From: Candidatus Nanopelagicales bacterium
GTDB lineage: Bacteria > Actinomycetota > Actinomycetes > S36-B12 > GCA-2699445
Direction of reading: 5' to 3'
DNA: 64,000 nt
Assembly (NCBI GenBank): GCA_037045355.1
Contig: JBAOHO010000012.1
Span: 303,071-367,070, forward strand
This document shows, in pieces, positions 1 through 13,795 of the stretch. Numbering within the stretch: the stretch's first letter is position 1; every line of letters starts with the position of its first letter. The translations under genes and the position numbers were made by a program. The notes below the pieces were generated by a model. The model did no database searches. It was not told the DNA's origin and saw only the letters and a program-made list of their open reading frames with translations.

Positions 1-1331
<1,331 letters not shown>

Positions 1332-1353
1332 CCGCGACCTGTGAGGACCAACA

Positions 1354-3958
<2,605 letters not shown>

Positions 3959-3985
3959 CCCCCGTGAGGGCCAAGAGGAGGCCGC

Positions 3986-4537
3986 ATGACGAACCCACCA
4001 GGTCCCGGTCGGACCGTGGCCGCCCCTCGGGTGGTCCCGACCGCCGATACCCGGGTGATCCCGGCGGTCGACCCGAATCAACGGGCAGTCCCCACTCCAC
4101 CACCGTCCGCAGTCAACCAGGCCCAGGAGGCGCGCATGTCGCGAGCTGATGCACCTGCTCCCAAGGCGCGCGCCCGCCACGCGCACCTGTTCGTCACGCA
4201 CATCGACCCGTGGTCGGTCATGAAGAACGCGTTCATGCTGTCGATCGCGATCGCCATCGTGATCATCGTGGCCGTCACCGTGCTGTGGAGCATGCTGTCG
4301 TTGAGCGGCACGCTCGATGCCATCACCCGCACGATCACCGACATCGCCGGCGGCGGGGCCAACAGCATCGATGCCTCCAGCCTTTTCTCGTTCTCGCGGG
4401 TCGTGGGCATCTCGGCGCTGTTGTCCGTGCTCGAGGTCATCCTGCTCACCGCGCTGGCGACCCTGTTCGCCTTCCTGTACAACCTGGCCGTCGGCATCAC
4501 CGGTGGTCTACAGGTCACCCTCACCGACGACTCCTGA
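3986..4537 (+). CDS. DUF3566-type membrane protein conserved downstream of gyrA in actinobacteria (start uncertain)
   Basis: Pro-rich N-terminus, then HLFVTHIDPWSVMKNAFMLSIAIAIVIIVA and a second hydrophobic segment ending LYNLAVGITGGLQVTL. Position directly after gyrA matches the known synteny. Confidence 0.7.
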   Translation: MTNPPGPGRTVAAPRVVPTADTRVIPAVDPNQRAVPTPPPSAVNQAQEARMSRADAPAPKARARHAHLFVTHIDPWSVMKNAFMLSIAIAIVIIVAVTVLWSMLSLSGTLDAITRTITDIAGGGANSIDASSLFSFSRVVGISALLSVLEVILLTALATLFAFLYNLAVGITGGLQVTLTDDS

Positions 4538-4594
4538 TCCACCCGGGCGGATTTCACTCGACTCGACGCGTCAGATAACCTTTCGGGTGTTCGC

Positions 4595-4669
4595 GGGCCT
4601 ATAGCTCAGCCTGGTTAGAGCGCTTCCCTGATAAGGAAGAGGTCGATGGTTCAAGTCCATCTAGGCCCA
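4595..4669 (+). tRNA. tRNA-Ile (anticodon GAU)
   Basis: Cloverleaf read by eye: acceptor GGGCCTA/TAGGCCC, anticodon loop CTGATAA, T-arm GATGGTTCAAGTCCATC. CCA is not encoded. Confidence 0.9.
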
Positions 4670-4713
4670 CGCTGGCGGCCGTTCCGCCCAGCGCCCGACG
4701 AAGGGATAGGCGC

Positions 4714-5049
4714 ATGAGCGCTTTCAAGAAAGTCCTGTTGATCGGTGCCGTCGCAGGCGTCGGCTACCTGGTGTATCGCCAGCGCATGGCGTCTCGCGCC
4801 GAGGACGATCTGTGGAGTGAAGCCACCAACGCCCCCGACCTGACGAGTGCCTACCAGCCCGTCTTCGACTCTCCGGCACCCGAGAAGGAAGCCGCCCCAG
4901 CGCCCAAGCCGGCGACTGCGAAGGCTCCGGACAAGCCCGCCGCCGAGAAGGCCGAGGCGGTCAAGGATGCCGCCAAGGACGCGGCGAAGGACGCCGGAGA
5001 TCAGGTCAAAGACGCTGCCAAGGGTGCCGCGGGCGATTCGTCGTCCTGA
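4714..5049 (+). CDS. Small membrane-anchored protein with a DLW-39-family-like N-terminus and an Ala/Lys/Asp-rich repetitive tail
   Basis: N-terminal TM helix (VLLIGAVAGVGYLVY) followed by the AEDDLWSEAT motif. Sits between tRNA-Ile and tRNA-Ala, where DLW-39 genes are typically found. C-terminal KDAAKDAAKDAGDQVKDAAKGAAGD low-complexity tail. Confidence 0.5.
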   Translation: MSAFKKVLLIGAVAGVGYLVYRQRMASRAEDDLWSEATNAPDLTSAYQPVFDSPAPEKEAAPAPKPATAKAPDKPAAEKAEAVKDAAKDAAKDAGDQVKDAAKGAAGDSSS

Positions 5050-5056
5050 CGGCTCC

Positions 5057-5129
5057 GGGGGCGTAGCTCAACTGGCAGAGCACCGCCTTTGCAAGGCGGG
5101 GGTTGAGGGTTCAAGTCCCTTCGCCTCCA
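5057..5129 (+). tRNA. tRNA-Ala (anticodon UGC)
   Basis: Acceptor GGGGGCG/CGCCTCC with the G3:U70 identity pair, anticodon loop TTTGCAA, T-arm GAGGGTTCAAGTCCCTT. Confidence 0.9.
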
Positions 5130-5171
5130 CCCGGTAGGGCGCTGTCGTGCGTCCCATGGCAGGATCACGCT

Positions 5172-5690
5172 GTGACCACCTACGCGACTCTGCACACCAC
5201 CAAGGGCGACATCAAGGTCGAACTGTTCGACAACCATGCCCCGAAGACAGTCCGCAACTTCGTGGGCCTGGCGACCGGCGAGATCGAATGGACCCATCCG
5301 GGCACGGGCAAGAAGACCACTGACCCGTTGTACAACGGGGTGATCTTCCATCGCGTGATCCCGCAGTTCATGATCCAAGGCGGCGACCCCGTCGGGCGGG
5401 GAACCGGTGGGCCTGGCTACCGCTTCGCCGACGAGTTCCATCCGGAGCTTCAGTTCGACAAGCCCTATCTGTTGGCCATGGCCAACGCCGGACCGAACAC
5501 CAACGGATCGCAGTTCTTCATCACCACCGCCGCGACCCCGTGGCTCGACCGCAAGCACACCATCTTCGGCGCCGTGATCGAAGGCCAGGACGTCGTGGAC
5601 GCCATCGAATCGGTTCCCACGGGTGCCCAGGATCGCCCCGTGACCGATGTCGTCATCACCGGCATCGACATCGAGCGGAGCGAATCCTGA
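5172..5690 (+). CDS. ppiA: Peptidyl-prolyl cis-trans isomerase (cyclophilin type)
   Basis: GTG start chosen downstream of tRNA-Ala. [30 protein letters not shown] and [20 protein letters not shown] are classic cyclophilin motifs. Confidence 0.9.
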   Translation: MTTYATLHTTKGDIKVELFDNHAPKTVRNFVGLATGEIEWTHPGTGKKTTDPLYNGVIFHRVIPQFMIQGGDPVGRGTGGPGYRFADEFHPELQFDKPYLLAMANAGPNTNGSQFFITTAATPWLDRKHTIFGAVIEGQDVVDAIESVPTGAQDRPVTDVVITGIDIERSES

Positions 5691-6613
5691 CCGAGCCGAC
5701 GCCGGCGGTTCCGGCCGCTGCGCCGGTCTGCTACCGGCATCCCGACCGCGAGACCTACATCACCTGTGCTCGCTGCCACCGTCCGATCTGTCCGGACTGC
5801 ATGGTGGACGCGTCAGTGGGATTTCATTGCCCGGAGTGTGTGGCGCAGGCAGCCGCCCGGTCACGCTCGCCCATCACCCCGATGGGTGGAACGCCGATCC
5901 GCCGGGCCACGGTCACACAGGTGCTGATCGGCATCAATCTGGTCGCGTTCGTCCTTGAACTCGTGGCGGGCCTGGACGGGGTGATCACCGGTTTTGGAAT
6001 GTCCCCGGCCGCGGTGTCGGTCGGCGGGGAATGGTGGCGCTTGCTGACCGCCGCGTTCCTGCACGGTGGGTTTCTGCACATCGCGTTCAACATGTACGTC
6101 CTGTGGGTGATCGGACCGCAACTGGAGTCGGTGTTCGGCCACATCCGGTACCTCATCTTGTTCCTGCTGTCCGCTCTGGGCGGCAGCGTCGTGTCGTACA
6201 CATTCGGGCCGTTCGCCACCGTCTCCGTCGGTGCGAGTGGCGCGATCTTCGGGCTCATGGCGGCACTGATCGTGGCGGGTCGGTCGATGCGCGCCGACGT
6301 CACTCAGATCGTCATCTTGTTGGTGATCAACGTGGTGATCGGCTTCGTCGCCCCCGGTATCGACTGGCGGGCGCACCTCGGAGGAGCCGTCGTCGGAGCC
6401 GTCGTGGCTGCCGTCATGGCCTACGCGCCGAAGGATGGCCGCGTGCTGTGGCAGAGCCTCGGGGTTCTCGCGGTGTGCGCGATTCTGGTGACGATGATGC
6501 TGCTGCGAACCGCCCAGATCAACGGTGAGGTAGCCCTGCTAATCGACAACAGCGGGCAGGCGATGGCCGGACCGACTGAGCAGCGCCAGGACGATCCCGG
6601 CGATCACCAGTAG
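5687..6613 (+). CDS. Rhomboid family intramembrane serine protease with N-terminal zinc-ribbon; start uncertain (CTG in a CTGA overlap with the ppiA stop)
   Basis: [24 protein letters not shown] zinc ribbon. Rhomboid core [21 protein letters not shown] and GASGAIFGL (catalytic Ser), then AHLGGAVVG (His). Confidence 0.8.
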   Translation: MTEPTPAVPAAAPVCYRHPDRETYITCARCHRPICPDCMVDASVGFHCPECVAQAAARSRSPITPMGGTPIRRATVTQVLIGINLVAFVLELVAGLDGVITGFGMSPAAVSVGGEWWRLLTAAFLHGGFLHIAFNMYVLWVIGPQLESVFGHIRYLILFLLSALGGSVVSYTFGPFATVSVGASGAIFGLMAALIVAGRSMRADVTQIVILLVINVVIGFVAPGIDWRAHLGGAVVGAVVAAVMAYAPKDGRVLWQSLGVLAVCAILVTMMLLRTAQINGEVALLIDNSGQAMAGPTEQRQDDPGDHQ

Positions 6614-7492
6614 CGCGCCCACGAGTTGCACCGCGGCGGCCGTTTCGCCGAACAACCACCAGGCCACCGCACCCGCGGCGATCGGTTCGGCCGTGGCCAG
6701 GACGCTGACTGTGGTGGCGGGGACCCACCGCATGGCCGAGGTCTCGGCTGCGAACGGAACGACAGTGCCCAGTGACACCAGCCACGCGAAGAGCAGGATC
6801 GCTGGGACCATGAGGCCGCTGATGGGCAGTGTGATCGGACTGCTGTAGTCGACCTCCCACACCGGGATCAGGGTCGGAATCAGCGGCGTGGCGAGCAACC
6901 ACACGACCGCCGCGATAGCGAATCCCCAGAAGCTGACGACGAACGGATTCGTGTCCGCGACCAGTTCCTCACCCACCACGAAGTACACGGCGAACGACAG
7001 TCCCGCTCCGAAAGCCGCGGCCACTCCCCAGGGGTCGAGTCCCGACAAGCCGGCCCCGGCGACCAGTGCCAGACCGATCACGGTCAAGGCCAGCGCGGGC
7101 CACAGTAGGTTGCTGACGAACTGCCGCTGCACGAAGCGGGCCCACAATGCGACCCACACCGGTCCGAGGAACTCGATGAGCAGCGCCAACCCGATCGGGA
7201 TGCGCGCGATGGCCTCGAAGTACAGCGCCTGGACCAAGGCCAGCCCCAGGATCCCGTACACGACGATTCGCGTGCGGTGGTGAGCCGGAAGGCGGAAGGA
7301 GCGTCCGGCCACCAACAGGATGACCGCGAGCAGCACGGTCGCCCCCAGGGCGCGGAATTGGGACAACGTCCACGCGGAGACCCCGGTGTCCAGGATGAGG
7401 CGCGAGACCGCGGCGTTCAGGGAGAAACAGGTGACCCCGATGAGAACGAGTGTGTAGCCGCGCACCGAGCCACCGAGCGGCGAGTTATCCAC
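6539..7492 (-). CDS. EamA/DMT-family transporter
   Basis: About 10 hydrophobic helices. Duplicated EamA-like halves (LIGVTCFSLNAAVSRL.., FAVYFVVGEELV..). GTG start. Confidence 0.8.
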   Translation of the reverse strand: MDNSPLGGSVRGYTLVLIGVTCFSLNAAVSRLILDTGVSAWTLSQFRALGATVLLAVILLVAGRSFRLPAHHRTRIVVYGILGLALVQALYFEAIARIPIGLALLIEFLGPVWVALWARFVQRQFVSNLLWPALALTVIGLALVAGAGLSGLDPWGVAAAFGAGLSFAVYFVVGEELVADTNPFVVSFWGFAIAAVVWLLATPLIPTLIPVWEVDYSSPITLPISGLMVPAILLFAWLVSLGTVVPFAAETSAMRWVPATTVSVLATAEPIAAGAVAWWLFGETAAAVQLVGALLVIAGIVLALLSRSGHRLPAVVD

Positions 7493-7746
7493 AGCCTTGT
7501 CCCCAGTGGGGAAAACTTACACGGTTGTAGTTCGGGGGATCACCCGGAATGTCCCGGTTGTGGAAACCTGTGGAAACTGGTGTGACCTGCGCCCTATGGC
7601 AACCACTATTTGCGTGACAACGCTTACGTTTTGTGGTCCCTGGCGGGGTAGTTGGCCACAAACGGGTAACTCGTACTTGCGCACCGAAACCACACGAGCA
7701 CGCTGCGTCATGAGGATCCGAGCAGACTGTGGATAACTGTGGGGAT
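7485..7746. promoter_or_regulatory. Cluster of DnaA-box-like 9-mers in the crgA / EamA-gene intergenic region
   Basis: TTATCCACA at 7485-7493 (overlaps the EamA GTG start). TGTGGAAAC at 7559-7567 and 7569-7577. TTGGCCACA at 7652-7660. TGTGGATAA at 7728-7736, followed by TGTGGGGAT at 7738-7746. By eye the region is more A/T-rich than its flanks. Confidence 0.5.
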
Positions 7747-7795
7747 GACGCGGGCCCACTCTCTGGCGGAGATCCCTCCCAACCGGTGGGAACTC

Positions 7796-8068
7796 CTACT
7801 GCCACTTGGTGGACAGGAAGAACCCAGCGGCGATGAAGACGAAGCCGATCGCCACGTTCCAGCCTGCCAACGGACCCATCACCGGATTCTCCGGCGCGAT
7901 GTACCACGTCACGATCCACAGCAGCCCGATCACAAAAAGTGCGACCATCACGGGCGCCACCCAACGAGCACCGTCGACCTTCACCGGAATGCGGCTGGGA
8001 GCCGATTCGCCGGCCTTCTTAGGCGGCGGCGTGTAGGCCTGCTTCTTGCGGCGGCGCGACTCCGGCAC
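7796..8068 (-). CDS. crgA: Cell division protein CrgA
   Basis: 90 aa. Basic N-terminus MPESRRRKKQAYTPPP, two TM helices (WVAPVMVALFVIGLLWIV, NVAIGFVFIAAGFFL). Conserved position next to trpG/pknB. Confidence 0.9.
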   Translation of the reverse strand: MPESRRRKKQAYTPPPKKAGESAPSRIPVKVDGARWVAPVMVALFVIGLLWIVTWYIAPENPVMGPLAGWNVAIGFVFIAAGFFLSTKWQ

Positions 8069-8225
8069 GGCGTTCCTTTCGCTGGACTGACCCCATGATG
8101 CCCCACGGGGCCAATGACTTCCACGAGACCGCTGTCTACTCTGGTGATCTCACGCCGCATCACCGAGGATCCGCACCAGTGCACCTGCCCCGGACGCCAC
8201 CTGCGAGCCCCAGGATGGAGATTTC

Positions 8226-8855
8226 ATGAGCCTGTCCGTCCTCGTCGTCGACAACTACGACTCGTTCGTGTTCAACCTCGCGCAGTACCTGCAGCAGTTG
8301 GGTGCCGACGTCACCGTGCTCCGCAACGACGAAGTTCCGCTGGACGCGGTGCCGGACTACGACGGCGTGCTGCTCAGCCCCGGTCCGGGCACACCAGCTG
8401 ATTCCGGGGTCTGCCCCGACATCGTGCGCCGCTTCGGCCCAACTGTGCCCGTCTTCGGCGTGTGTCTGGGGCACCAGGCGATCGCCGAGGTCTACGGTGC
8501 CGTCGTGGATCGCGCTCCTGAACTGCTGCACGGCAAAACGTCCCTGGTGGTCCATGACGGTCGCGGAGTGTTCACCGGGATTCCGTCACCGTTCACGGCC
8601 ACCCGCTACCACTCGCTGGCGGTCGACCCGGCGACGGTTCCGAGCGAACTCGAGGTGTCCGCACACACCCAGGACTCGGGAGTGATCATGGGTATTCGGC
8701 ACCGGGAGTACCCGGTCGAGGGGGTGCAGTTCCACCCGGAATCCGTCATGACCGAGCACGGCCACCGACTGCTGGCCAACTGGCTGACCAGTTGCGGCGA
8801 CGCGGACGCGGTGGCGCGCAGTGCGGGACTGCGACCCGTCGTCCAACAGGGCTGA
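8226..8855 (+). CDS. trpG: Glutamine amidotransferase component II of anthranilate / aminodeoxychorismate synthase
   Basis: VLVVDNYDSFVFNLAQYL, GVLLSPGPG, FGVCLGHQAI (catalytic Cys), GVQFHPES. Confidence 0.85.
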   Translation: MSLSVLVVDNYDSFVFNLAQYLQQLGADVTVLRNDEVPLDAVPDYDGVLLSPGPGTPADSGVCPDIVRRFGPTVPVFGVCLGHQAIAEVYGAVVDRAPELLHGKTSLVVHDGRGVFTGIPSPFTATRYHSLAVDPATVPSELEVSAHTQDSGVIMGIRHREYPVEGVQFHPESVMTEHGHRLLANWLTSCGDADAVARSAGLRPVVQQG

Positions 8856-8914
8856 CCGGAGTCCCACGACTCGGCATCCCGGGTCGACTCAGGCTCGGGT
8901 TTAGGAGCTCGGCG

Positions 8915-10807
8915 TCAGTTCGGAACGGTGTTGCCCTCGCCCTCGGGGGCCGGCCTGTTGGTGGGTGCGGACGACTGACCCTGTCGGTTGGGGTTCTGCT
9001 GGTTGCCGCTGGACACCGTTGGTGTGGGGGTGCTCGTGGGTCCGGTCGAGATCGTGATGGTCACCGTCTCCCCGCGCGCGATGGTCGTGCCCGCGTTGGG
9101 GGACTGCGCCAGCACCGTGCCCGCGATCTCGTCGCTGGACTGGGAAGTCACCGTGACGTTCAGACCCACATTCGACAGTGCACTGCGGGCCTGTTGCTCG
9201 GAGTCGCCCACGACATCTGGGACGAGCACCAGCCCGTTCGACACGGTGATGTTCACCTCGGTGCCCGCATCGACGTTGGTGCCCTGCTCCGGGCTCTGAC
9301 TCAGCACGTAGCCCTGGGGTTGGTCGCTGTCGCGGGACTGGACGTCACCGAGCTTCAGTTTGCTCGACTCCAACTGTTTGGAAGCGTTCTCCGGGCTTGT
9401 CATACCGACGACATTGGGTACGACGGTCTGGCCGGGGCCGCCGGACACCGTGACGTTGACCGCCTGACCCTTCTCCAGTGACTCCCCCGCGGAGGGGTCC
9501 TGGGACAAGATGGTGCCCTCGGGGCGGTCGGAGGCCTCGGCGGTCTCGGTACCGAGCCGAAGGCCGCTCGCGTTGAGCGTGTTCTCGGCCTGCGTGAGGG
9601 TCTGGCCGACCACTTTGGGGACCTGAACCGTGTCGGGTTTTGAGTTGCCGGACATGGACATGAACGCCCAGGTGATGCCGCCCACGAGCAGAAGGAGTGC
9701 CGCGATGATTCCCACCCACAGCCACGGGCTGCGCTTCTTGTCCTCGTCGGTGGGCGGACCGCCGGCCTGGTCGGAGACGGGATTCATCATGGCCGTCGGT
9801 TCCGGCACAGCCGCGACGACGGGGACGGGCGCGGTCACCGGAGCACCGACGATGGCGCGGTCGACGTCGGACTTGAACTCGGCAGCCGTCTGGTAGCGCT
9901 GATCGGGGTTCTTGGCCAGGGCACGGAGCACGACCGCATCGACCTGCGGAGTCACCTGGCTGTCGAGCTGAGACGGGGGTGTGGGGTGCTCGCTCACATG
10001 CTGGTAGGCCACAGACACGGGTGACTCGCCGACGAACGGAGGTCGGTCGGTCAGCAATTCGTAGAGCACACAGCCGGTGGAGTACAGGTCGGAGCGGGCA
10101 TCGACCACCTCGCCGCGGGCCTGCTCCGGAGACAGGTACTGCGCGGTGCCCATGACCTGGGACGTTGCCGTCATGGTCTGACCTTGCGCAGCCAGGGCCC
10201 GGGCGATGCCGAAGTCCATGACCTTGACCTCGCCGCTCTTGTTGAGCATGACGTTGGCGGGCTTGATGTCCCGGTGCACGATGCCGTGGCGGTGACTGTA
10301 GTCGAGTGCAGCGAGGATGCCCGAGGTGATCTCCAAGGCCCGCTCGGGCAGCAGCCGGCGACCGCTGCCCAGCAGCTGCCGCAGCGTCATGCCGTCGACG
10401 TACTCCATGACGATGTAGGGCACGGTGACGGCTGTCGGACCGGAACCGAGAGTGTCCTCACCGGTGTCGTAGACGGCGACGATGTTGGGGTGGTTCAGGG
10501 CGGCTGCGCTGTGAGCCTCACGCCGGAACCGCTGATGGAAGGACGGGTCGCGGGCCAACTCGGGGCGCAGGATCTTGACCGCGACGCGGCGTCCGAGCCG
10601 TAGGTCATAGCCTTCGTGCACCTCGGCCATGCCACCGCGGCCGAGAGTGTCGCCGATCTCGTAGCGGTCGCCGAGCATCGTCGTGCCGGTGCCGGGGGGA
10701 ACGACCGGGTTGGTGCCCGGATCCCGCGGGGTGGGTTCGGGAACACCCCCACCGCTGGGCGGAACATCAGTCATTACGAAGCCCTCCTCGAGCCGGCCAT
10801 CACCCAT
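8915..10807 (-). CDS. pknB: Ser/Thr protein kinase PknB with C-terminal PASTA repeats (alternative start at 10774)
   Basis: Kinase motifs GRGGMAEVH, VAVK, HRDIKPANV, DFGIA, SPEQA. A TM segment, then repeated PASTA-like units (VPKVVGQT.., VPNVVGMT.., VPDVVGDS..). Confidence 0.9.
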   Translation of the reverse strand: MGDGRLEEGFVMTDVPPSGGGVPEPTPRDPGTNPVVPPGTGTTMLGDRYEIGDTLGRGGMAEVHEGYDLRLGRRVAVKILRPELARDPSFHQRFRREAHSAAALNHPNIVAVYDTGEDTLGSGPTAVTVPYIVMEYVDGMTLRQLLGSGRRLLPERALEITSGILAALDYSHRHGIVHRDIKPANVMLNKSGEVKVMDFGIARALAAQGQTMTATSQVMGTAQYLSPEQARGEVVDARSDLYSTGCVLYELLTDRPPFVGESPVSVAYQHVSEHPTPPSQLDSQVTPQVDAVVLRALAKNPDQRYQTAAEFKSDVDRAIVGAPVTAPVPVVAAVPEPTAMMNPVSDQAGGPPTDEDKKRSPWLWVGIIAALLLLVGGITWAFMSMSGNSKPDTVQVPKVVGQTLTQAENTLNASGLRLGTETAEASDRPEGTILSQDPSAGESLEKGQAVNVTVSGGPGQTVVPNVVGMTSPENASKQLESSKLKLGDVQSRDSDQPQGYVLSQSPEQGTNVDAGTEVNITVSNGLVLVPDVVGDSEQQARSALSNVGLNVTVTSQSSDEIAGTVLAQSPNAGTTIARGETVTITISTGPTSTPTPTVSSGNQQNPNRQGQSSAPTNRPAPEGEGNTVPN

Positions 10808-10956
10808 GATGACCCACGTGTCGGGTCGTGTGATTCAGCGACCCGGATCATTCAATTGTGCGCGCCCGCCGCAGCCGGATGTCCCGACGCAGTGGCGCCT
10901 GCTGCACTCAGGACGTGGTGTTCCGTCGGAGCACTGCGTCAGATCGGAGCACCGGG

Positions 10957-12387
10957 TCAGTTCAGTACCGCCTCCATCACCGACCGGGCGATGGGTGCCG
11001 CCAGCGACCCCCCGCTGCCGCCCGCGCCCTGGAGCACCACGGCGACGGCGACCTGCGGGTCACCGGCCGGAGCGAAGGACGTGAACCAGACCGTGTCGGC
11101 GCTGTTGCCCGTCTCGGCCGTTCCGGTCTTCCCCGCCACCCGCACGCCGGGGATGGCCCCGCCGCTACCGGTCCCGCGTTCGACGACCTGCACCATCATG
11201 TCGGTCAGTGCCTCCGCGTTCTGCGGGCTCATGGCCTGGCCATAGGTCGTCGGTGCCGTCGTGTCGAGCACCCGCAGGTCGGGGCTGCTGATCTCCTTGA
11301 CCATGAACGGGTTCATCACGCTGCCGTTCTGGGCGACGGCAGCGGACACCTGGGCCATGTTGAGGGCGCTGGCGCGGACGTCGAACTGCCCGATTCCCGT
11401 CAGTGCCGTCTGGGCCGGGTCGGGGTTGTCGGGGTAGCGGCCCGCGGCTGCCGCCATGGGGACATCGAAACTGTGACCGAACCCGAACCGTTCGGCTTGG
11501 CTGCGCACGGCGTCGTCTCCGAGCTGGTTGGCCAGCCACGCGAAGGCGGTGTTGCACGACACGACCAGCGCCTCGGTCAGAGTCACCTTTCCGTTCGGAC
11601 CGCATTCGGTCCGCGACGCGTTGCGCAGCACCGTCTCAGTGCCGGGGAGTACGTACTCGGCGGGCCCGGGGATCACGGTCTGGGGAGTGAACCGCCCGGA
11701 CTCCAGCGCGGCAGCCGCGACGACGATCTTGAACACCGACCCCGGCGGGTCCACCGCGGCGAGGGGGCGGTTGAGCAGCGGTTCCGCAGGGTCGGCGGTG
11801 AGTTGCCGGTAGTAGTCACGGATCTGCCGAGAACGGTGACTGGACAGCAGGTTGGGGTCGTACGAAGGGGATTGCGCAAGCGCGAGAATCTCGCCGGTGC
11901 TCGGGTTCAGCGCTGCCACCGCGCCGGGCCGGCCCGCCAATCCGGCGAAGGCGGCCTCCTGGGCTGCGGCGTCGAGGGTGAGCGTGACTCCGCCGCCCTG
12001 TGGGTCGCGGCCGCCGAAGAGTTGCTGGAGTCGGTCGAACAGCAGCCGGTCGTCGAATCCCGACAGCACCGGGTTCTCCGCCTTCTCGATCCCGGTCGCG
12101 CCGTAGACCTGGGAGTAGAAACCCGTCGCCGACGCGTACACCTCTCCTTGGGGGTAGCGGCGCAGGTACTTCAGCTCACCGTCGGTCTCGATGCTCTCCG
12201 CGACTGCCTCGCGGCCGACCAGGATCGGTCCCCGCTCCCGGGAGTACTCCTCGAGGATCGCGCGGGAGTTCCCACTCGCGGTGCGGTAGTCGTCGGACTT
12301 GAACACCTGGATGTACGTCAGGTTGGCCAGCAGGGCGATCAGCAGGACCGCGAGGACGGCGGACAACCGGATGATCGAACGAGTCAC
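10957..12387 (-). CDS. pbpA: Class B penicillin-binding protein (PbpA-type transpeptidase)
   Basis: N-terminal TM anchor. SVFK (SxxK), SCN (SxN) and KTGTAE (KTG) transpeptidase motifs. Confidence 0.9.
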   Translation of the reverse strand: MTRSIIRLSAVLAVLLIALLANLTYIQVFKSDDYRTASGNSRAILEEYSRERGPILVGREAVAESIETDGELKYLRRYPQGEVYASATGFYSQVYGATGIEKAENPVLSGFDDRLLFDRLQQLFGGRDPQGGGVTLTLDAAAQEAAFAGLAGRPGAVAALNPSTGEILALAQSPSYDPNLLSSHRSRQIRDYYRQLTADPAEPLLNRPLAAVDPPGSVFKIVVAAAALESGRFTPQTVIPGPAEYVLPGTETVLRNASRTECGPNGKVTLTEALVVSCNTAFAWLANQLGDDAVRSQAERFGFGHSFDVPMAAAAGRYPDNPDPAQTALTGIGQFDVRASALNMAQVSAAVAQNGSVMNPFMVKEISSPDLRVLDTTAPTTYGQAMSPQNAEALTDMMVQVVERGTGSGGAIPGVRVAGKTGTAETGNSADTVWFTSFAPAGDPQVAVAVVLQGAGGSGGSLAAPIARSVMEAVLN

Positions 12388-13795
12388 AGCCGCACCACCT
12401 GGGTGAGCGCCTGGTCGGGGGACGTGACGACCGGATCGGGTCGCCGGGTGATGTCACTGATCCGGAGCAGCAACGCCACCATGATCCAGTTCGCGATCAG
12501 GGCCGACCCGCCTGCCGACAGGAACGGTGTCGTCAGTCCCGTCAGAGGGATCAGTTTGGTGACGCCACCTGCGACGACGAAGACCTGCAGAGCGAATACG
12601 AAGGCCAGCCCGGTGGCCAGCAACCGCCCGAACACGTCCCGGCAGGCGACGGCGGTGCGCAGGCCCCGTTGCACGAAGATCCCGTACATCAACAAGATGG
12701 CGAAGATGCCCGTCAAACCGAGTTCCTCGCCGAAGGCCGACAGGATGAAGTCGCTGCTGGCGAAGGGAACGAGTTGCGGATAGCCCTGGCCCCACCCGGT
12801 CCCGAAGATCCCGCCGTTGGCCAACCCGTACAGCGACTGCACGATCTGGTAGCCGGCGTCGTTGGCGAATTCGAACGGGTCCAGCCAGATCTGCACCCGG
12901 GTGCGCACGTGGCCGAACAGCAGATACGCCAGCGTCCCGCCCACGATCATCAGCAGCGCGCCGAGGATCAGCCAGCCGCGGCGTTGGGTCGCCACGTAGG
13001 TCATGGCGACGAACAAGCCGAAGAAGATCAGTGCGGTACCGAGGTCGGTCTCGAAGGCCATGACAGCGAGGGCCAACAGCCACGCCCCCAGCAGCGGGCC
13101 GAGATCCCGGCCGCGGGGCAGCGAGACACCCAGCACCTTGCGCCGGACGATCGCGAGCGAGTCCCGATGAGTGACCAGGTAACCGGCGAGGAAGAGCGTC
13201 AGGACGATCTTGGCCAGCTCACCGGGCTGGAAGGTCAGTGGTCCGACCTGGATCCACAACCGGGCGCCGTTGATGCTGATGCCGAGGATGGGGACGAGGG
13301 GCAGGAGCAGCAGGCCGACGCCCAGGAACAGAGAGATGTAGGTGTACCGCTGGAGTTTGCGGTGGTCGCGCACGATCAGAAGGACCGCCGCCAGTAGGGC
13401 GACTCCCAGGACGGTCCAGGTCAGTTGACCCAGGACCTCAGGCGTGGGCACGGGGCTGCCGTTCTCGGTGGCCCGCCGCGCCGCCGCGACGTCGAGGCGA
13501 TAGATCATCACCAGGCCGAGGTAGTTCAGCAGGTAGGCAGTCGGGAGCATGATCGGCTCGGCGAACGGGGCCAACACCCGGACCGCCACATGAGCGACCA
13601 ATCCGGCCCCGGCGAGAACCGACAGGGCCAGCCAGAACTGCGCCGGCAGACCGGACTGCGTTGCCCACCCGACGTTCGCCAACGCGACCGAGCCGAGGAA
13701 CCAGGCGAACACCAGCAATGCCAGTTCCTGGTTGCGGCGTGTGGGTTGCCGGATCTCCTCCTGGGTCGCGGCCGGCGCCGGGGCCGCCGCGGCGC

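Noticed and set aside
6539-6613. 75-bp convergent overlap of the rhomboid and EamA 3' ends as a regulatory antisense arrangement.
   Set aside because: Both ORFs simply run to their first stop in GC-rich DNA, and the rhomboid tail past its last TM helix is not conserved-looking. There is no independent evidence of function.
7485-7746. The DnaA-box cluster as the chromosomal replication origin.
   Set aside because: In actinobacteria with dnaA-dnaN-recF-gyrB-gyrA synteny, oriC lies between dnaA and dnaN, upstream of this window. This cluster is small and I did not identify an obvious DNA-unwinding element. It is kept as a regulatory or titration candidate only.
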